Assembly: GCF_963676685.1 (NCBI RefSeq)
Contig: NC_092351.1
Location: 90,334,001-90,398,000, forward strand
DNA: 64,000 bases
Direction of reading: 5' to 3'
DNA from: Mytilus edulis
Taxonomy: Eukaryota
Shown: piece by piece, positions 23,551-36,480 of the stretch
How positions within the stretch are numbered: position 1 is the first letter of the stretch
Layout of the letters: each line of letters starts with the position of its first letter
Made by a program: the position numbers and the translations under genes
Notes under the pieces: model-generated
The model's input: the letters and a program-made list of their open reading frames with translations, nothing else
Database searches by the model: none
What the model was told of the DNA's origin: nothing

Positions 23551-24855
23551 TTTTTATCTCACCTGGCCCAAAAGGGCCAAGTGAGCTTTTCTCATCACTT
23601 GGCGTCCGTCGTCCGTCGTCGTTAACTTTTACAAAAATCTTCTTCTCTGAAACTTCTGGGCCAAATTGAACCAAACTTAGCCACAATCATCATTGGAGTA
23701 TCTAGTTTAAAAAATGTGTCCGGTGACCCGGGCAACCAACCAAGATGGCCGCCATGGCTAAAAATGGAACATAGGGGTAAAATACAGTTTTTGGCTTATA
23801 ACTCAAAAACCGAAGCTTTTATAGCAAATCTGACAGGAGAAAAAATTGTTTATCAGGTCAAGATCTATCTGCCCTGGCGTTGTCAGATAAATCGGACAAC
23901 CCGTTTTTAGGTTGCTGCCCCTGAATTGATAATTTTAAGGAAATTTTGCTGTTTTTGGTTATTATCTTGAATATTATTATAGATAGAGATAAACTGTAAA
24001 CAGCAATAATGTTCAGCAAAGTAAGATTTACAAATAAGTCAACATGACCAAAATGGTCAGTTCACCCCTTTAGGAGTTATTGCCCTTTATAGTCAATTTT
24101 TAACCATTTTTCGTAAATCTGTAATCTTTTAGAAAAATCTTCTCCTCTAAAACTACTGGGCCAAGTTTAACCAAACTTGGGCCAAGTTTAACCAAACTTG
24201 GCCACAATCATCATTGGGGTATCAAGTTTAAAAACTGTGTCTGGTGAGTGATGACTCGGCCAACCAACCAAGATGGCCGCCATGGCTAAAAATAGAACAT
24301 AGGGGGTAAAATGCAGTTTTTGGCTTATAACTCAAAAACCAAATCATTTAGAGCAAATCTGACAGGATGTGAAATTGTTAATCAGGTCAAGATCTATCTG
24401 CCCTGGAATTTTCAGATGAATCTGATAATCGATGGTTATGTTGTTGCCCCTGAATTGGTAATTTTAAGGAAAATTTGGCGTTTTTTTTTATTATCTTGAA
24501 TATTATTATATATTAAACTGGAAACAACAATAATGTACAGCAAGGTAAGACCTAAAAATAAGTCAACATGACTAAAATGGTCAATTGACCCCCTAAGGAG
24601 TTCTTTCCCTTTATAGTCAATTTTTAACAATTTTCATAAAATTTTTAAATTTTTACTAACAATTTCCACTGAAACTTCTGGGTCAAGTTCATTATAGATA
24701 GAGCCAATTGTAAGCAGCAAGAATGTTTAGTAAAGTAAGATCTACAAACACATCACCATCACCAAAACACAAGTTTGTCATGAATCCATCTGTGACCTTT
24801 GTTTAATATTCACATAGACCACGGTGAGCGACACAGGCTCTTTAGAGCCTCTAGT
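23551..24855 (+). mobile_element. Complete HINE (Helentron-associated element)
   Basis: 5' TTTTTATCTCACCTGGCCC-AAAA-GGGCCAAGTGAG hairpin, (GTCC/GTC)n microsatellite, two ~500-bp internal repeats, 3' GGTGAGC sub-TIR, hairpin AGGCTCT-TT-AGAGCCT then CTAGT. Inserted in a T-run. Confidence 0.9.
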
Positions 24856-27800
24856 TTAAAAATATAATAAAAAGGTTGGGTCACCGTGCTATTTTACAAG
24901 CTAAAAGTCATTGAAAATTGCCTAAATTTGGTTAGATTGTTCTTGAAAAAAACACACTTGTGTGCATACAGATTTTTTTCTTTGAGATAGAATTTTGAAT
25001 ATTTGTGGGAAGATAGGTTTCATCATATGTTTTTAGAAAATAAAAGAAACAATGGTGTCACTGAACTCGTTTTTTCGCTACAAGTAATAATAATAAAAAA
25101 ATCCCTATTAGTCCAGTATATTTTTTTTAACTGAAAGAGTTATCTCCCCTTAAATGGATCATTTGAAAAGAAAAATTATAGTAAAAAAAATAAGGACAAT
25201 TGTTTTTTTATGAAATTGATGTTGCTAGATTTATACTTCAGAGGACACAAATCACCCTTTATTAACCGTTGCTCAGGAATATTTCTGTTGCTAAGTAGTT
25301 GCTAAACAATTTGTGAACTCAAATTGAAGTGACTATTCATTTGTAACTTCAAGTTTTTCTCAAACCAACCATCTTATCTGGACAATATGGTTATTTGTAC
25401 AGACACATCAATTCGTATGTGCTAATTATATTATGTAGTAAAAATGGTTCTTTTAACACTCTTTTTACCTTCTTTTTACCGGAACAAAAATTTTTTTTTT
25501 TTTAAAAGTTTCTATACTGAGGCTAGCAATGGTATGAATTAAGACTTCTTTTGAGAGGGGGCCAAAAACTCCCCTTTTCATAGGTACCTTCTCCTTTGTC
25601 GATTAAGGCAATTAAGTAGACCAATTTGTACTGTGATTGCGCAATTGTTCATTTATCCATATAAGTTTCAATAAAAATAATGTTTTGTTACATTACTTTT
25701 TTACATGCGTTGAAGATTCAAGATTAAGAACATAAAAGTAAAACACGAGTCCCCTAGTTAATGAAATAATGACTCAACTGGTATTTTTTTCGTAAAATTG
25801 ATAAAATACTTTGGAAAAAACAGCATTTGTAATTCAAGTAAGAACAGGAAACAAAGTTGCTTGCAATTAACTGAAATTTACATGAGTAAACTCATGTACG
25901 TGAACTATTTAAGAAACACAATACCTGTTCTTTAAAGAAATTTGAGAATCTAAATGGAAGAATGAATTACAACTTAAGTAAAGCACCAATACAAGGATGG
26001 TTGCTATGCTTTTTCTGATCATATGAGAATGGCTGGTAAAGTTTATGTTGAAAATATTGACCCCTCAACTTTTAATTAGGATGTATATCATAGTCCTGAA
26101 CCCAACTATGTATGGTTGCTAGATACTTTTATATCAAGTAACTTAAAGGGTCGTTGCTAAGAACTTTTAACATGACCTTGACCTCTGGTATTTTGCTTTC
26201 TAACGAAATGTAAGCAAAATTTTGTTTAAACAGTTTTTTTATATACTTTTTGGGTTTATTTGATAAAATTTCTAACACAATTAAGTGCCAGTCTTTGTAA
26301 AAATCAGGCAATTTAGGTAAAAATCAAAACATGATCAGAAAAAACCCGCCGAGCTAATCATGTTATTTAGTACTAACCATCATCCTGAGTTAAAAAATGT
26401 TAGTCTTTTGTTTGTGTGTGTCTGGTAATATCAAATAACTTAGCTAGAAAATTGGTTAGAATGATAGCAAATTACAGAGTTATCTCCCCTTATTCGTTAA
26501 TTTCTAGTGCATTTCAACCAAATTGTATCTTCTATTACCAGAACAGAAAACAGAAATGAATGTTATTTGTGTGCATAAGTACATATTATGAACTAAAATC
26601 AATGTCAAATTGGGTGGGTTTTTTTTGTCATGTTTTCACCACTGCCTGATTCTTAGGCAGACTGGCACTTAAATAAAAAAAGACCGAAGGTCAAAGTCAA
26701 GGTCATAAATAAACTTTGACCTTGAGGTCAACTTTTAGGTCATTTAATGCACAAGATGTCCCAAGTGATTTCTATTTTGTATTTGCCACTGTTTTTAAAC
26801 TATTCAAATAACAATGTCAAAATTTTTCTTCAAAATACCAAAAATGACACTTTTATGTTCCCATAGCAACCACCCTAGCAACCTATTTCCTAAACCTTTA
26901 ATGATAAATTGTTCCTAGACAACAGTCATAATTTACATTTATCACTTTAGTATAAGTGGTTGTGGATGCAAAAGTGTCAAATTATGTCATGCAAAATGCC
27001 TATAATTTGCCTTTTTGAATACATTGAAAATTCCACTATTTGAACCAGTGCTGCCCCCTTCCTCCCCTTTTGTCATAAATAATTTTTATTTTCATCTTAC
27101 TCATAAAGTGTTATATTTCAATGAATTATAGTCAAAATATTCATAAAACTTGAAATGTATGCATAATAACTGCTTAAAAATGGGTAATTTGTTATCCTCA
27201 AAATATGCATTTTTGAGGCAAAATCCAAGGGGACCCGTAACCATGGCAACGGGGGCATAAACAAATTTTTTGTCAACATTTTTCTTGTTAGATTATCGAT
27301 AGCTACCAACAGACCAAGTTTCAAGAAAATCTGAGACTATGCGTGCCGCAACTTGGTTGGTGGTTACAGAGAATTGCTATTAACCTGTCTTTTATAGAAT
27401 CGATAAACGATTGATGGGAACACCAATAACACACACTAGATGTTCTCTGACAACTGTATCATAACTGTATAAGTGTAATATTTACCTATTATGGTAAATC
27501 GTCTGATGTGTTTGGGCATTTGATTTTGCCATTTGAAGAGGGACCTTCCGAGTTGAATGCTCCTCGGAGTTCGGTATTGTTTTTATTTTACTTTTACCTA
27601 GTTAATTAATGCCACAGCCCAGAATCACATTGTTTTTATTTACTCGTGATTTGTTTAAATCATATTAGGATTTTTCAAAACTCAAAATGTTCCTTTATGA
27701 CAGATTAATACTACGATGTAGGTTCTTGTATTGGAATACATAAAGGCAACAGTGGTATACCGTTGTTCATAAATCGATTGGGAAAAAAAACCAAATCCAG

Positions 27801-28714
27801 GTTTCAAACTAAAACTGAGGGAAACACATAAAATATAAGAGGAATAACGAAACAACAGAAACACAAAACAAAAAAGTTACACACACAGAAAACGAACTTT
27901 AATATAACAATGGCCATTTTCCTACCTTGGTACTGGGCACTTTAAGAAAAAAAATGGTGAACATGTAGAACATAGAAACACACAAAAAATAGCTATCAAA
28001 AGGTACCAGGTCTATAATACAACTTTTCTTTGTATTTAATTTAAAGTTGACCTACGATGAATCTGGCCATTCTTCTATGTCCTTTTTTATGATATAACTC
28101 TAATTCTGTAGTAACTAAGTGTTTATATATCACTGGCTGCCAAAAGTTTTGGATTAAACGTTCATAAGAAGGTTAATCCAGAAAAAAAGTTATTTTCATG
28201 CATTTTGGAGAACAAGCTATTTTCTATCTTCAAAGAAACTGTTATTGAAAGTAAATGATGAAGATAATATAAGAATTGATTGTTATCATATTTGTATTTT
28301 AATTGCCGGTTGACCATTATGGATCACTAAATTGTATTATTATGCTATTACATGTAAATACATTAATATCGATATTAGTCCACGTTCGTGAAAAAAGTCT
28401 AATCGATAATTCAAAATACATAACCTAGAAATTTGTCCGTACGATATATTATCTTTTTTTTAAATTGATATATTTGTGTTTATAAATAATGATTTTGATT
28501 GCCACCCCTGACCTTTTGTTCATTCCGTATACTCCATTATAAAAATCAAGGATACAGCACTATTAAAATCTAGAGGTATTATATTTGTTACAGATATTTT
28601 CATAGATCAACCAGGAGTTCACTGTTGGAATTGTTACATTGATACAACTATCATCTTTAAAACGCATGCATGACATGTTAAAGTAACACTACATTGACAT
28701 AGGATATCATAGTA

Positions 28715-28842
28715 TAACGTAAAATCACGAAATACTGAACTCAAAGGAAAATTCAAAACGGAAAGTCCCTAATCAACTGGCAAAATCAAAAGCTCAAACA
28801 CATCAAAAGAATGAATAACAACTGTCATTTTCCGGACTTGAA
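28715..28842 (+). mobile_element. Abundant interspersed repeat (AAATACTGAACTC..AGGAAAATTCAAAACGGAAAGTCCCTAATCAA.TGGCAAAATCAAAAGCTC)
   Basis: Other copies at ~27505-27595(-), 29130-29545, 31020-31500, 33520-33610(-), 36740-37090(-) and 45650-45800. Confidence 0.8.
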
Positions 28843-29183
28843 TGAAACACATACTTTTCGTAAAGAGAAACAAATATGTTTATTCTGTTATACATTGGAG
28901 AATGGAATATATCTTATTTTGGAGGTGAATCTTTTTTGGAAAAGTATTAACAAAAATTAACATATAACAGGTTTTGATACATGGACAGAAAATGAGAAAA
29001 TTAAGTCACCTTCGTCCCATCAACATCACAAGTAGTAGAAAACTTGAATTTATTTGATTATTAGAACTTTGGACGGGTAGTCTATTTATTGATATCGTGT
29101 ATGAATATATGTTTTGCTTTAAAAAAAAAAGTAATATCATAAAAATACTGAGGTCCGAGGAAATTTCTTAACGAAGAGTCCCT

Positions 29184-29489
29184 TTAAGGAATGACTGTAA
29201 TATTTTTTCTGTCTATGATGAAATAACATAAAAAAATGTGGTGAACACTGAATAACGCGCGTAGCGGGTTATTTAACAGTGTGCACCACATTTTTTATGT
29301 TATTTCGAATAGACAGAAAAAATATTACAGTCATTTCTTATAATTTAATTCTAAATTCCATTTGAAACCGTAGAAAACCATGAAAACACGTTGATGACGT
29401 CACGGTCACATGACTAAATTATATCTATGGACTGATAACAAAATAACGTCAGCCAATCAGAAGACGCATTACATCCAAAATTAAATTAT
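29184..29489. mobile_element. Palindromic MITE-like element inserted in the preceding repeat family
   Basis: Arms TAAGGAATGACTGTAATATTTTTTCTGTCTA... / ...TAGACAGAAAAAATATTACAGTCATTTCTTA (29185-29340), then a second part bounded by ATAATTTAATT / AATTAAATTAT. It splits GTCCCT|AATCAAATG. Confidence 0.8.
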
Positions 29490-32107
29490 AATCAAATGTC
29501 TAAAACAAAAGCTCAAACACATCACACGAATGGATAACAACTGTTTATTCTATGTTTAATGTTTTTCATCTCCATTTTGTCAGAAATCTCTTCGTTTTAT
29601 ATTTGTATTATTTGTATAATGTGAAATTAAATGCAACTCTAAAAAATGTCTAAAAAATGGTAGTTTGTCATCTACAAACTTTCAACGAAATTTGAAAATC
29701 ATCATTTAAAAACTTTTGCAATAAATCTTATAAAAATAACAATAATTAAAAGTTGAATTGGAGGAATTAAATAAGTATAACAATATTTCATGGAATTAAG
29801 TTAACATTATAAGAGTGAAAAATTAAGTACTAAATATTTATTAATGTAGTATATTTTATACAGGTGTTCACTGATTAATATCCCTCATACCTGTTTAAAT
29901 GATGATATGCACTACTTATCTATATTTTTTATTATATTTTCATGACTATTATCGGCATCCATCATGCTTGTAAATTTGGATGAAATATAGCATCTGTAAC
30001 GTTGTAGATATATTGTTTCTGTAAATTTACTTCATTATCTGACTCAAACATTTTGTCTTGTCATATTTCTATAAAATACATATTTTAAGTTAATCAAATT
30101 CAAACTGATGATTTACACCAGTTAAAGCGTCTACAACTAAACATAGAAAAAGATTCATTCACGTGAAATTCTCCACCACGAATAATAGAAACATTTTACA
30201 GGATGGTAGTTTAGAAAAATTATAAACTTTGAAATTCTTTATCAAATAGCAATAAAACCTCCACGAACATGTAACACTATTTGAGAATTAAATTAACTAA
30301 TGGAAAAAGGCAAAAAATTATGAATAGAAGCAACTCAAACATGACTTTTAACAAACTTTTACTTGAATGTTAGACTAGATGAACAAGAATAAGAGTATTC
30401 TGTAAAACTCAATGTTGTGTTCACTTTCTGATTTAATTTTGAATAGAAACTATTGTCCCTTTCATATCTGAAACACATGATTTTTTGTTTGAAGAATTTG
30501 TTCATAACTAACATAATATAACATCCAATTGTTTAAACAATCCGAATTTTTCAGGTTCTATTTAGAGCACAGACCCGAATTTATTACATATGGTTCCTCA
30601 CTAACATATACCTTTTGTATCACTAATACTTCATTACGACATCATATCACATGAACATTTATAATTAGTTCATTTAGGTTGCCTATTAAAATATTGAAAT
30701 GACCCATCTTAGAACTAAGAAGACCTCATCAAATATAGGTGGCATGAGATTGGTGCCAAGAAGACCTTAATAGGTGTGAGATTGGAACTAAGAAGACCTA
30801 AATAAATAAAGTTAAAAATTTAATTACAACCAAATATTCCGAATTGCAAGGTGAACCAGAATATCCAAAAAAATCTGTTAAACAATTTACAAATAAAAGA
30901 TGAACATAACTTTCATTTCCCGGACGAACAAAATATTCTGTCTATTGAGCCCCGCTTTATTTTGACATGTTAGAATTATTGGAAGGCAGAGATCTCACTG
31001 TAACATGACTATTGAATATTGTAAAAAGTACTTTAACAAAATACCGAACTCAAAGGGTAATTCTAAACGGAATGTCATTTATAAAATAGCAAAAGTCGAA
31101 ACCTCAAACACATCTAACAAATGGAAAACAACTATCATATTCCTACGAGTATCTTATAAGGAGAAACTGCAAAAATATGTCAGAAGACCTTAACTTGTTA
31201 TTGAAAAGTTAAATAACAAAATATCGCATTTAGAAGAAAATTCCAAACGGAATACCCTAATGAAATGGCAAAATCCAAAGCTCAAACACATCAAACACAT
31301 TCCAACTAATAGGTTATAACTGGAACAGACATTTCCTTATGTAGAAAATTGTATTTAAAACCAGATTTTTTAACTAGCTAAACCTCTCACTTGTATGACA
31401 GTTGCATTGAATTTCAATATATTGACAACAATGTGTAAGCAGGAAAAAACAGAAAACAGATATGAATAATGTAAAAAATAGGGTACAGCAGTTAACAATT
31501 TCTAGCTTTACTATAAATGGTAAAATTATTTATCAAGTATGACGGTTTTAATACGACGAAACAAGTTAACGTATCACAAGTGTTGGAATTTATTAACTTA
31601 TCAATGGGCGTATGTGTGGAGTCATAGTCTTTTTACTTTCTAACTCACGATATGACCACGTTTATGAAATTATTCTAGTAATACATGTCTTATGTAATGA
31701 TTTTATACATTTACATTACACGCCTGATTATTTTAAAGGGTGTTTTTTTTTAATAAAAACAAGCCTACAGCATATTTGGTAAATATTTTTACCGAACCCT
31801 AACCGAACTTAGATCTTGATAAATAGAACTGAAACACTGTTATGAAATGAAAATTATCTAGAACTTGAGAAAGAAAATATAAAATAAAAAGAAGCATACA
31901 CCAATCAAATAAAAAGATAGAAAAATGGAAAAGAAGCCAGGTATTATCTATAATGGACAAAATTTAAAACGGTCACAGGTCCTGTTGTTCTACGAGATTG
32001 CTTTGTCCAAAAATGTGTATGCATGTATTTTCTTCTCAAAACGAAGGGTCTGAATTATGAAAAGTGGAGTATAAACTGATTTCCTAATTTCATAAGAAAG
32101 AGAAAAA

Positions 32108-32570
32108 GTATCCCAGCGGCACCAGCATATGTAGTATATGTGTCTCAATTGATACGTTACTCTAGATCTAGCTCAAAGTACGTTGATTTTGTTGAACGAG
32201 GAATACTACTTTCTCAAAAATTGCTAAGACAGGACTATGAATCAATCAAATTAAGGTCATCACTGAAGAAATTTTACTGTTGCCATCATGAGCTGATTGG
32301 CCATTATGACAAAAGTGTGTCAGAAATCATATCTGATATTCTTCCTCAGTCATAATTACCTTCTATCATTAGCGAACTGAACAAAGAAATAACACGACGG
32401 GTGCGGTATACGATGCAGGAAATGCGTACCCTTCCGGAGCACCTAATTTCACTCCCGGTTTTTAGTGGAGTTCGTGTTGTTTCTTATTATTTATAACTGT
32501 TGATGTGAATGTCTTTTGGTTGTGTGATCGAGTCTTTGTTTACTTCTTGGTTTTGATTGTTATTGTCTTA
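32108..32570 (+). mobile_element. Penelope-like retroelement 3' fragment
   Basis: SIPAAPAYVVYVSQLIRYSRSSSKYVDFVERGILLSQKLLRQDYESIKLRSSLKKFY..HHELI is the C-terminal segment of a Penelope-type RT. It is followed by the CCCTTCCGGAGCACCT tail. Confidence 0.8.
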
Positions 32571-32639
32571 GCAATATCCTTTAACTCTACTTACCACTAT
32601 TGAGATGACGTTCTTTCAATAAATAATTCAGAATTTAGT

Positions 32640-32950
32640 GACGTCGTAACTACATTGCCCTTCCCTTTCATGAATGTGTCCTACCGAATCAGACTATTTA
32701 CCGGATTTTTTTATAACATAAGCAACACGATGAGTGCCACATGTGGAGCAGGATCTGCTTACCTTTCGGGAGCACATGAGATCACCGCTAGTTTTGGGTG
32801 GGGTTCGTGTTGCTTATTCTTTAGTTTTCTATGTTGTGTCATGTGTTCTAGTGTTTGTTTGTTTGTCTTCTTTCATTTTTTAGCCAGGCGTTGTCAGTTT
32901 ATTTTTCGATTTATGAGTTTGACTGTCCCTCTAGTATCTTTCGTCCCTTT
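32640..32950 (+). mobile_element. Penelope-like 3' tail fragment
   Basis: Near-identical to 11293-11590. Confidence 0.8.
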
Positions 32951-33321
32951 TTTGTTGGTAATTTTTATTATCTTTTGTTTTCTTATCCCATCATTATCTA
33001 TTATCTAGTACTTATTCCTCTATATTTTCTTTCTTAGCTTATTTTTCTCTATTCTTTTTTTTTTGGTTCATTGTTCTCTATCATGTAAACTCCATTAAAA
33101 CCCACAATTTAACACTAATGTACAGACTAGTGCAATGCATTGATTTTGTGTGAAGATTTATTAAAGATGGTGCTAATTTCAAAATAACCACGTAATTATA
33201 GCATGGTATTATATATGATGTAATTAAATCATTAAAATGAAACCTTAGAAGTCTCTGGTAACTTTGTATACGCCAGTGATGGACCAGGGTATCATTAGCA
33301 GGTTTACCTCACATCATTTCA

Positions 33322-33359
33322 TAATTCCTTTGATGGTCATGTGACTATCAAAGGAATTA
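33322..33359. promoter_or_regulatory. 38-bp palindrome containing two inverted TCF/LEF-type CCTTTGAT sites
   Basis: TAATTCCTTTGATGGTCA-TG-TGACTATCAAAGGAATTA. The palindrome is observed; the regulatory function is inferred. Confidence 0.3.
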
Positions 33360-33891
33360 CTGCACTCGTTTACCTCTCTTTTCTTATAATCGAAATTTAA
33401 ACACATTTAGAATGTATAATTTCATTTAAAGGGTCCATTCCTTTGATGTCTCAGCATTACCTCAATAGTTAGATAGTGTTTGTATTTCATAATATTTGTA
33501 TATCAAAAACAATTTCGATATTTTGATGTGTTTGATGAGCTCTTGATTTTGCCCTTTGATTAAGGACTTTCCGTTTTAAATTTTCCTCGGAGTTAAGTTT
33601 TTTATTGTGTGACTCTACATTATATTATCAAAACAGAGTACTGACCACCAATAATTTCATGTAAATGATTTATCTGACAAGGTCATTTCAAAAAATTAAA
33701 TTAATTAGCAATATTGAAAGATAATTGAATAATGAAACATAATTTGAATTTCTCCCCCCCCCCCCCCCCCCCGCGGAACGGTGCTTTGAATTTGTGTGCT
33801 CCCAGAACGTATTTTACGTTTCTGAGAACGATGATCCTGTTTTCAAATGACATATTGCAGAGTACCGAAACCATGGGATAATAATCGAAAC

Positions 33892-33898
33892 ATTATTA

Positions 33899-33973
<75 letters not shown>
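33892..33973. repeat. (ATT)n microsatellite
   Basis: Seen directly; it produces the poly-N ORF. Confidence 0.97.
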
Positions 33974-33974
<1 letters not shown>

Positions 33975-35587
33975 ATTTCCTGTTTATCTGAGAGAGCAAA
34001 AAAGAATATTTTCGTAAGTCAGCATTCTGTAAATTAACCATTATGTAATAATTACAAAACATTCCAAAGTTGTTACAAATGACAAATTGGTAGTAAAATT
34101 AATATCTTTCACTATATATTTTATAATTCACCTAAAGCTAAATACAATATATATATCTTGTTAAAGTAGAAGGTTTTATTTTTATGAGACAATAATTATA
34201 TTCGTGTCCACATAAACTATTCAAAATGGACATGTCCACATAGAGCAGATCTAATGTGACAAAATGAAATATAACATTTGCAAAATTCTTGGCATTCTAA
34301 TTTTTCATTATCTACATAAAAAAAAATCTGTAAATAAAACATCACGAATTGTAATCAAATAACGTAAATAGAATTTAAATACGAAGAATTAAGTAACAAT
34401 CGATGACTTCATATTATTTTTGATTTTCCAAAAATTTAGATGATAATATTCCAAATTTTTTGTAAAAGTTAATAATAGTTTGAATTAACCAGAGTCAATC
34501 AATACTGTATTTATTGAAAGAAAAAAAATCGAATGGGATTTAACATTATTTGTTTTTAAACATGAGGCTTTTATAATTTTATCTGAACGTTGTAGAAAAA
34601 GTTAATCTGTAGAAAAACTAAAATTCCCACGTTACTTTTACTATATCAGGAAAATGAGGAGGGAAATAACAAGAGAACATTCAAAACTCACAAATCGAGG
34701 GGAATAGAGAGTCGAATGATACCAAAAAGACATAAGTCGACAAATAAACTGACAGCGAAAAGACTAAAACAGAAAAGACAACGAACCAAACAGACAAACA
34801 ACAGTACAATAAACCCAACATAGAAAACAAACGAAAACTGAAGACGAATCAAATCTCTAAAAATCTGTAATTTCAGGTATCACTTATATGTTATGATTAT
34901 TGTTAATTATAGACCTTCCCTATTTTCATATCACATTCAGCATTACTATTGGCATCCTGTTCAACTATTTGCACCCTGTCATCAATACGACAGTTATGTT
35001 TGTTTTTTAATATTTTTAACAATTCTCATATTTTTTCATGCATCAATCTATCACTTGTATATAGTTTGATGCACAAACTGTTTTGACACAGTACTTGACC
35101 CAAGTGCCACAAAAACTACATACATCCACCACTTGTTAAATATCTTATCAGATAAAAAACCTTTACTTTTCTGTTATGTTTCTTGACCCAAGTGTTTTGG
35201 GTATTTCTAAGAAAAAACCTTTACTTTTCTAATACGGGAATTGGTACAAGTGCATCACACCAGTTGTTTCATATACTGACCAAGTAAACACCTTTCCTTT
35301 TTTAATACGGGAATTGGTACACGTGCATCACACCAGTTGTTTAATAACTGACCAAATAAAAACCTTTACTTTCCTGTTTCACATTATAGTTTATTTTGAT
35401 TCTTATTGTTTAACAATAAAACCTATTTTAAAAGAAAATTTAAAAATCATAAGTCCATTATTTATGTTCTGATACTTTTGGAAATACCGCGAAATTAAAT
35501 ACACAAGAATTCACCAATAATACCAATATCGCGTAAATAAGTACTCGCGAAAAAAAGTTATCAAAGGTACCAGGATTATAATTTAAT

Positions 35588-35630
35588 ACGCTAGACGAGC
35601 GTTCCGTGTACACAAGACTCATCAGAGACG
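35588..35630 (-). ncRNA. Hammerhead ribozyme copy, degenerate (GAAA>GGAA, stem II mismatch)
   Basis: CGUCU-CUGAUGA-GUCU(UGUGU)ACAC-GGAA-CGCUCG-UC-UAGCGU. Confidence 0.7.
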
Positions 35631-35936
35631 ATCAGATCAAAATAGAGATAAAGCCAAACAAGTACAAAGTTGAAGAGCATTGAGAATACAAAATTCCAAA
35701 ACATTGTGCCAAATACGACTAAGGTAATCTATTCCTCGAATAAGAAATCCTTAGTTTTTCGAAAAATTCTTTTATAACAGGAAATTTACAAAAATGACCA
35801 TATAATTGATATTCACGTCAACAACGAAGTGCTGACTACTGGGATGTTGATACCCTCAGGTACGAAACGTCCACTATCAGTGACATCAAACCAGTGGTGT
35901 TAATAGTTTTCAAAGGTACCAGGATTATAATTTAAT

Positions 35937-35980
35937 ACGCTAGACGCACGTTTCGTCTACATAAGACTCATCAGTGACGT
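35937..35980 (-). ncRNA. Minimal type I hammerhead ribozyme, core intact
   Basis: Minus strand ACGUCA-CUGAUGA-GUCU(UAUGU)AGAC-GAAA-CGUGCG-UC^UAGCGU. Core boxes are intact, with a 4-bp stem II and very short stem III; predicted cleavage after the C at 35943. Confidence 0.88.
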
Positions 35981-36224
35981 TCAGATAAAAAAGTAATAAA
36001 GCCAAACAAATTTGAAAAGCATTGAGAACCCGAAATTCCAAATATTGTACCAAATACGACTAAGGTAATCTTTTCCTGGGATAAGAAAATCCTTAGTTTT
36101 TCGAGAAATTCAAAGTTTTGTAACAGGAATTTATAACAGTAGCAGTAATTAATGCGTAACAGTCATTATTGCGTTTTTGCATATACCTAATCACAACAAA
36201 CGGTTAGAGGTCATAAATGTATCC

Positions 36225-36480
36225 TACCGAATTTACTTATTACCGAGTTTGTACTAACATGAGCAGTACGACGGTTGCCACGTGTGATGCAAGATCTACT
36301 TACACTTCCGGAGCACATGCAATCACCCCAGTTTTATTGTGGGGTACCAGTTGCTCGGCTCTTTCTTTTTTTGTTGTGTTTTTTGTACTGTTGTTTGTTT
36401 GTTTCTGTGTTTTTACATGGCGTTGTCAGTTTATTTCCGACTTATGAGAATGTCCCACTGGTATCCTTCACCTCTCTTTT
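36225..36480 (+). mobile_element. Older Penelope-like 3' tail fragment
   Basis: Diverged homolog of 11330-11590 (CCTACCGAATT...CTTCCGGAGCAC...GGCGTTGTCAGTTTATTT). Confidence 0.7.

Larger units (their letters stand above)
20789..27379. mobile_element. Sola3-like non-autonomous DNA transposon (6.6 kb including nested elements)
   Basis: TTAA TSD at 20785-20788 and 27380-27383. The terminus GAGCAATTCTCTGTAACCACCAACCA is inverted at the right end with one terminal mismatch. Long imperfect TIRs with mirrored GTTGC(C/T)ATGG and GACCTTGACC boxes. GAG termini, TTAA TSD and long TIRs are typical of Sola3. Confidence 0.8.
35557..36135 (-). mobile_element. Non-LTR retrozyme, ~1.6 tandem copies of a 349-bp unit
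   Basis: TCAAAGGTACCAGGATTATAATTTAATACGCTAGACG is repeated at period 349, and each copy carries a hammerhead motif on the minus strand. Confidence 0.85.

Noticed and set aside
23474-25592. Possible further TTAA|GGTAG-starting MITE surrounding the HINE
   Set aside because: The right end lacks a clean TIR and TTAA, so the boundaries are not supportable.
33814-34062. Poly-Asn protein
   Set aside because: It is the (ATT)n microsatellite.
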